Shown here: positions 58,859-64,000 of the stretch, one piece after another | Numbering within the stretch: position 1 is the stretch's first letter | Layout: every line of letters begins with the position of its first letter | NCBI GenBank assembly: GCA_000004985.1 | Contig: GG738886.1 | Direction: 5' to 3' (one strand) | DNA length: 64,000 nucleotides | From: Naegleria gruberi | Lineage: Eukaryota | The notes under the pieces: generated by a model | The model's database searches: none | Seen by the model: the letters and a program-made list of their open reading frames with translations, nothing else | Told to the model about the DNA's origin: nothing | Position numbers and translations under genes: made by a program

Positions 58859-59137
58859 TTATAATTTTTTAATTTTAGATCCCATGTCATCTAATTGTTT
58901 GTTTGCATGGTTCAATCTTTCCGATTGTCCTTTCAATCTAGAAGCCGATTGACTTCCAACATCAATCATTTCATTACTCATTGCAATCATATTGTCCAAC
59001 ATTTGATTATTCTTATTGTAAACATTTAATATTTCGTCCAGTTTATCCATTTGTTCCTTGGAAACAACACCTTCTTTTTTCGAATCAGAATTGGTTTTTG
59101 ATTTGTTGGCACTGGTGGATGCAGACTTTTGAGACAT
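58859..59137 (-). CDS. Small coiled-coil protein, 92 aa (SNARE-motif-like heptads; possibly Bet1/Qc-SNARE-like or incomplete)
   Basis: ATG at 59137. Heptad-repeat segment LDEILNVYNKNNQMLDNMIAMSNEMIDVGSQSASRLKGQSERLNHANKQLDDMGSKI. No TM. The 3' end is overlapped on the opposite strand by tRNA-Met. Confidence 0.4.
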   Translation of the reverse strand: MSQKSASTSANKSKTNSDSKKEGVVSKEQMDKLDEILNVYNKNNQMLDNMIAMSNEMIDVGSQSASRLKGQSERLNHANKQLDDMGSKIKKL

Positions 59138-59323
59138 TTTTTTTAAATCTATAAATAAACAAGCTCACGTTTCAAAAATCTAATTACTAGTATTCTTCAG
59201 TCAATTCCCTATTCTAAACCAATAAGGATAACCAGGATTCATCAATATCTTCATTCCAATTACCATTCGGAAATCAACAGCTTGCAATAAATTGTTGAAT
59301 TTATTCCTCAACTCTTGAAAAAA

Positions 59324-60960
59324 ATGATTCAACGTGAAAGTGAACAAGATTTTGCAATTTCTTCATCATTGACAACAACAACAACAGGAAAAAGACTACT
59401 ATTGAACCATACAACAGATGCATCAACATTAATTAATTCTGATGATTCGGAAGGTGTTTGTTGTGATGTTTCCGAGTCTTTTATGGAAAATGAAGAAGAA
59501 TTTAGTTGCATGAAAGAGGAGGAGGATGAAGAATTTGCTTGGGATAAACAAGTTGATGAAGAAATTGAAGTGGAGAAGGAGGAGAAGGGAAAGTTGGGAT
59601 ATTATGATTTTTGGAGGTCGATTGGTTCTCCGAAATATGTGGTGGCTCCGATGGTGGATCAGAGTGAAATGGGTATGTTTTGATGATGGAGTTTTTTGTG
59701 TAATTATTTAACAAATTGATTGGAATTGGGTGTGAAATTGGTGGAATTGACGTTGAATTGTGGAATTTTGAATGGAAATTGATGGAAATTTGATGGAATT
59801 AATAACAATTTGATTGAATTTGATTGGAAATTAATGAAAATTGTGGAAATTCTGTGTAAATTTGTGTAAATTTTATAGCATTTCGATTGTTATCAAAGGA
59901 ATATGGAGCTACACTTGCCTATACACCCATGTTTCATGGCATGTATTTTGCATACCATAAGAAATATAGAGCTAGATTTTATCAATTTAATCCTGATTTG
60001 GAAGGACCAGTTTTTGCTCAATTCTGCACTAATGATCCAGAGACTTTTGTTCAATGTGGAAAACGTGTTTGGGATTTGAGTAAACAGAAAATTAGCGCCA
60101 TAGATTTGAATTTGGGGTGAGTATTCAATGAATTTCAATGGAATTTTACCAAAAATGTAATTAATATTTTGGATTTTAATGAAATATTCGAAAGATGTCC
60201 ACAAAGAATTGCCAGAAGAGGAAGATACGGATCATTCCTTATGGAAGATTTACAAACTGTTCATTCAATCATCAACAAGGCCCATTTGGAATTACCAATG
60301 CCAGTCACTGCAAAAATTAGAATTTTCGAAGATTTGGAATTGACCATGAATTATGTCAAGACAGTAGTTGATGCTGGTGCTCAGGTGTTATGTGTTCACG
60401 GAAGGACAAGAGAACAGAAAGGAGCCAATCAAAATTATGCTGATTGGACTGTCATTCGAGCCATCAGAGAACAATTTCCACAAATTCCAATGATTGCCAA
60501 TGGAAATATTCGTACATTCCAGGACGTGCAAGATTGTCTGGAATATACTCGAGTGGATGCAGTCATGAGTGGTGAAGGCCTCTTAGAAAATCCAGCTCTA
60601 TTCAATGGAGGTCAATTCGTCCATCCACTCGACATTTCAGACAAGTATGTCAATATTTGTAAAACTCATTTCCCACCAGATCACAACAATATTAAGAGAC
60701 ATTTATTTAGAATTTTGGATAAATACATCCCAGAAGATAGAAGTGACCTAAGAGGCATACTAGGAAAGGCCTCACTATGGGAACATTACAGAGAATTTGT
60801 GGATTATGCAAGGAAAATTGAAAATGAATTTGATTTTAAGGAATTGGAATTTGAACCATCGATTTGTGTAGTGACAGATCCAGAAAATCATCCAATTGTG
60901 AAGAAACCATTGAGAAAGAAGGATGTTGAGACGGATAGTGGAGCTGCTGATGAGGAATAA
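59324..60960 (+). CDS. dus1: tRNA-dihydrouridine synthase, DUS1-like; exons 59324..59672, 59879..60116, 60195..60960; introns 59673..59878 (206 nt) and 60117..60194 (78 nt)
   Basis: The spliced product contains [29 protein letters not shown]...FAQFCTNDPETFVQCG...[23 protein letters not shown]...CVHGRTREQKG...IANGNI, collinear with recalled DUS1L motifs ([37 protein letters not shown]). An acidic N-terminal extension is specific to this gene. Confidence 0.8.
59690..59876 (+). repeat. Microsatellite-like low-complexity intron sequence (degenerate GGAATTG / GGAAATT units)
   Basis: Inside DUS1 intron 1: gattggaattgggtgtgaaattggtggaattgacgttgaattgtggaattttgaatggaaattgatggaaatttgatggaatt... Confidence 0.45.
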
Positions 60961-61210
60961 TGGATAAATTTGTGAATTTTTTTTATTAGAAAGGGATTTT
61001 TTCTGGAAAATCTTTCTTTTCTTTTTCATTATTTAAATTGGTTTTGTATCCATGATTAATATCAGATAATTGTTTAACCAATATTTTAGTTTTTGCAATT
61101 CCATTTTGTTTTGGATAAAATAAGGAACTTGAAGAAACTTTATTGAAGGAGATTAATGTTGATTTCAACTGTTTTTCTTTTATTTGAATCTTGAATTCTA
61201 GTGTTGTGAT

Positions 61211-63901
61211 TTACTTCTTCAAAAATTTGATTCTCTTAATTTCGTGTAGTTCTTCTTCGAAAAATTCTGAAGTCATTGAGGTTCTATGTTGAGCCAATTG
61301 TTGATTCTTGGATAATAGTGCAATTAATTTCAAGTAATTTTTCAATTTTGGCTGTTGAAAAGTGTTCGATTTGGTCTGCAATTCATTTAAGGTCAAGTGT
61401 GGCTCTTGTTGGAGAGTATTTAGCATTTTCTCTTCCTTTTCTCTTGATTTCTTTTTCAAAATGTCAGCAAACACATTAATGATTGGATCTGCATGATGAG
61501 CATCAGCTTTCAACATACCAGCATAGGTATGGAATGCTGGATTTGATGGAGAATCCAATCTTACATAATTAATTAATGCAAAAATTACAGTTTTCACAGT
61601 GCTGATTATTACAGCAGTCAAGAAACCGTAAAAATAATTGGCAACAATAAGTAACAAATCCATAAATCCAAAAACGTTGGTGTGAACAAGCCAAGTTCCC
61701 TTCTTTCTCAAAAAGATGAATCGTAAAACGAATACAGTTGCCACTGTTATCAGTTTACCTGAAAGGAAGGAAACAATTCGAAATATAAGCTCCAATCCGT
61801 TCTGGAATAAAAATCCAATACCGAAGAAAATTTCATTAATGAACAAGCATACAAATCCAATAATAAGAAGGATTGCATAAATGATGAAGAAGTAAACAGC
61901 TGTTGCTACTGCATAGTGAGCTGCTTGTGAGCCAGGATAACTGGAAGCTTTGACAATTGATTGAGATTTGAGTGAAAATTGAAGAGTTCCATTTCTATAT
62001 GAATCCATCTGTTGAAATTTGGAATAATTATTAACAATATATTGTTAGAAAGAAAACTTACATGATTCTTATAATTCTTGGCAATCAATAAAGAAATTGA
62101 GAACATGGTAATGACTGTAATTACCACGGAAAGGTAATAATTTACCTCAATAACTTTGAATGCTGGAATCAGTATGTTGGTAATAGTAGCTTGACATGAA
62201 TCCGAGTTGTTCGTAAACAAGACACAAAACAAGGTAGTCAACAATAAATAAATTATGTTAATGGCAGAATACATGACATGAACAGAGAAGGCAGAGAAAG
62301 TTCCCACAATGAGTAAGCTAATCAACAAGGCAGATGACATTCCAATAATAAATCTTGATGGGAAAAAGAAGTTAGACCACTTTTCTCTTGAATAATTTTC
62401 CAAAGCTCGTTTCAGAACTGTTTACAATATAATAAATAATCATGATTAACTTATTAAAGTAAAACCTACCAATCCATTTAATTTTGGCGTAATACTTTAG
62501 TTTCAGCAATGGAATTACAATAATTCTTCTGAAAACACTTCTTTTCTTATTTTCCCAATATCTTTCAATCTTTTCATCTAATCGATCTTTAATTTCATCC
62601 GTTTCTAGTGAGCTCAATGATGTAGAGATTGCACTAGTATCAGTTGAGCTATTCTTATTTGCATAGTAAGCAAATGATCGTTTGAGCTTTTTCTTTGAAA
62701 TATTTCTCAACAAGGTTCTAACATGATAGTAATACCTCGACAATCTGTGTCGATAAAAATTGAACCAATCCTTCATTTTGAATTTGGTATAGACCTGAGC
62801 AATGGAAGAGATGAGTAAGAGAGCAATCATGAAAATTGATCCAAAAGCAAGTATCCATTGAAGAATTAAAAAACCAGAAATAAACTGGTATTGCGATTGT
62901 TGAATATTGTAAATCATATTCTTTGAAGTGGAATTGAGAAAATCGAGAAAATCTTTTGGAGACTCTATCATGTGTGTAATATTCACAAAAGTGAAATTGG
63001 TCTGTCCTGGATTCAAGTATGGATAACTTCTAGGTATGATTTCAATTGAGAACAAACTATTATGGTAGCAATTAATTGACCATATAGTTTGTGTAATATC
63101 ACATCCTAAAGCAAGTATAACTATTAGAAAAGTACAAATTCTCTTCCAAAACGGCATTTGAACTGCATTATTCAATACTGTAACTGATAGAATAAATCCA
63201 GCCATTAATGAAATTGTTGCAACTCCACTGTTAAAATTATTTAAATAATTATTTTCCAAATTATTTAAAATAAATATTATTCGAATCCTGTCAAATATTT
63301 TGAAAACCTACCTAGTATCACCAATATAATCACAACCTACAATAATATTATCCATTCTATCATCAGCAAACCACTGCCAAACTCGTGTTACATAAATTGC
63401 ACTAAAGTACAATCTTGCAAACAGAAACCACACCACAAATCTATAAAACACATTCTCATTAATCAGGTCAACCACTGGAATCCTCAAGCAACACGAACTC
63501 AAATGATAGAATATCTTCTTTGGTATACAATGTCCTACCAAACCTTCACATCCATTAAAACAAACACAACACATTCCATAACTTGTTGTTCTCCTTCTTC
63601 TATTGGTGAGATATTCCCGAACAGTAAAGTGTAAATCATCTTGTTCAGTGGAATGGGTAAGGAATTGATTCAGTGATGGACAAGGTTTTTGATGATCATC
63701 GTGATGATGATGGTGATGATGATTACTATCAATTATTACCTTGTTGTTATTACTGGCTGATTCGTAGTAGGCCGATGATGATGACGATGATGAATTATGA
63801 TAAGTATGATGATCAAAAGGCTCTTGATAGGAATGATAATCAGTGTTGGCAATGGAGGGAGATACTCCATGAGGATTGGATGATGTACTATCCATCATCA
63901 T
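61211..63901 (-). CDS. Polytopic membrane protein, about 833 aa, 4 exons (63901..63312, 63227..62470, 62417..62062, 62008..61211; introns of 84, 52 and 53 nt). N-terminal His8 tract and Cys cluster; unclassified, possibly channel/transporter-like.
   Basis: Four ORF-track ORFs on the minus strand join in phase through GTAGGT/GTAAGT..CAG introns. At least 10 predicted TM helices. HHHHHHHH and CCVCFNGCEGLVGHC near the N-terminus. Confidence 0.55.
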
Positions 63902-64000
63902 CTTCTTGTTTCTTGTTTATTCCTTTATATGAAGAGTTTGATGATGATATTTTGTTTTTTTTGATTGGAAGATTTACAAATTGCCTTCCTCTTCGGAGAA

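Noticed and set aside
1-64000. Prokaryotic or phage interpretation (operons, RBS, CRISPR, defence islands)
   Set aside because: Spliceosomal introns with conserved boundaries, eukaryotic tRNA and 5S with T-run terminators, the Rac/MAD1/F-box/EGF gene content, and the absence of Shine-Dalgarno patterns all indicate eukaryotic nuclear DNA.

Overview
This 64-kb window is eukaryotic nuclear DNA, not bacterial or phage. It is about 35% GC and gene-dense, with roughly 35 protein-coding genes of 1-4 exons on both strands. Spliceosomal introns are very short (34-253 nt, mostly 40-90 nt) with GTAAGT/GTAGGT donors and AG acceptors, and A-rich tracts precede start codons. Many proteins are Q/N/S-rich, and Pol III genes (4 tRNAs plus a 5S-like gene) are interspersed. 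The profile fits an amoeboid protist (dictyostelid-like Amoebozoa or a heterolobosean); the species cannot be named from sequence alone. The ORF track uses alternative start codons (many listed 'M' are TTG or GTG), so true ATG starts were re-derived where possible. Exon boundaries were worked out by hand and may be off by 1-3 nt.

Recognisable genes:
- a cytochrome-b5-fused front-end fatty acid desaturase, flanked by two direct copies of tRNA-Thr(AGU)
- a fatty acid hydroxylase / sterol-desaturase family enzyme
- a Rac-type GTPase (3 exons)
- a MAD1 spindle-checkpoint orthologue (2 exons)
- a DUS1-type tRNA-dihydrouridine synthase (3 exons)
- a three-thioredoxin-domain PDI-like protein (3 exons)
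- NHL-repeat, F-box/LRR, RCC1-like and DUF4116-like repeat proteins
- several low-complexity hypothetical proteins

Features that stand out:
1. A giant single-exon gene of about 15.7 kb encodes a type-I membrane protein with on the order of 100 tenascin/laminin-type EGF repeats. The repeats form a 5x higher-order module, followed by a mucin-like N-glycosylated stalk, a GPS-like motif, one TM helix and a cytoplasmic tail. The open frame is split by a single in-frame TAG at 26954..26956.
2. Two paralogous genes 3 kb apart resemble the apolipoprotein-L (ApoL) pore-forming region. One carries a prion-like Q/P-rich N-terminus. Each has a Pol III gene immediately downstream (tRNA-Trp; tRNA-Asp plus 5S-like).
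3. A compact 3-exon gene of about 336 aa has the hallmarks of the ENaC/degenerin/ASIC channel family.
4. A 100-nt 5S rRNA-like gene has an internal deletion but intact box A/C regions and a T-run terminator.
5. Two genes show apparent frame discontinuities.
6. A 3.3-kb ORF-free stretch (32.7-36.0 kb) contains GC-richer islands that could be non-coding RNAs.
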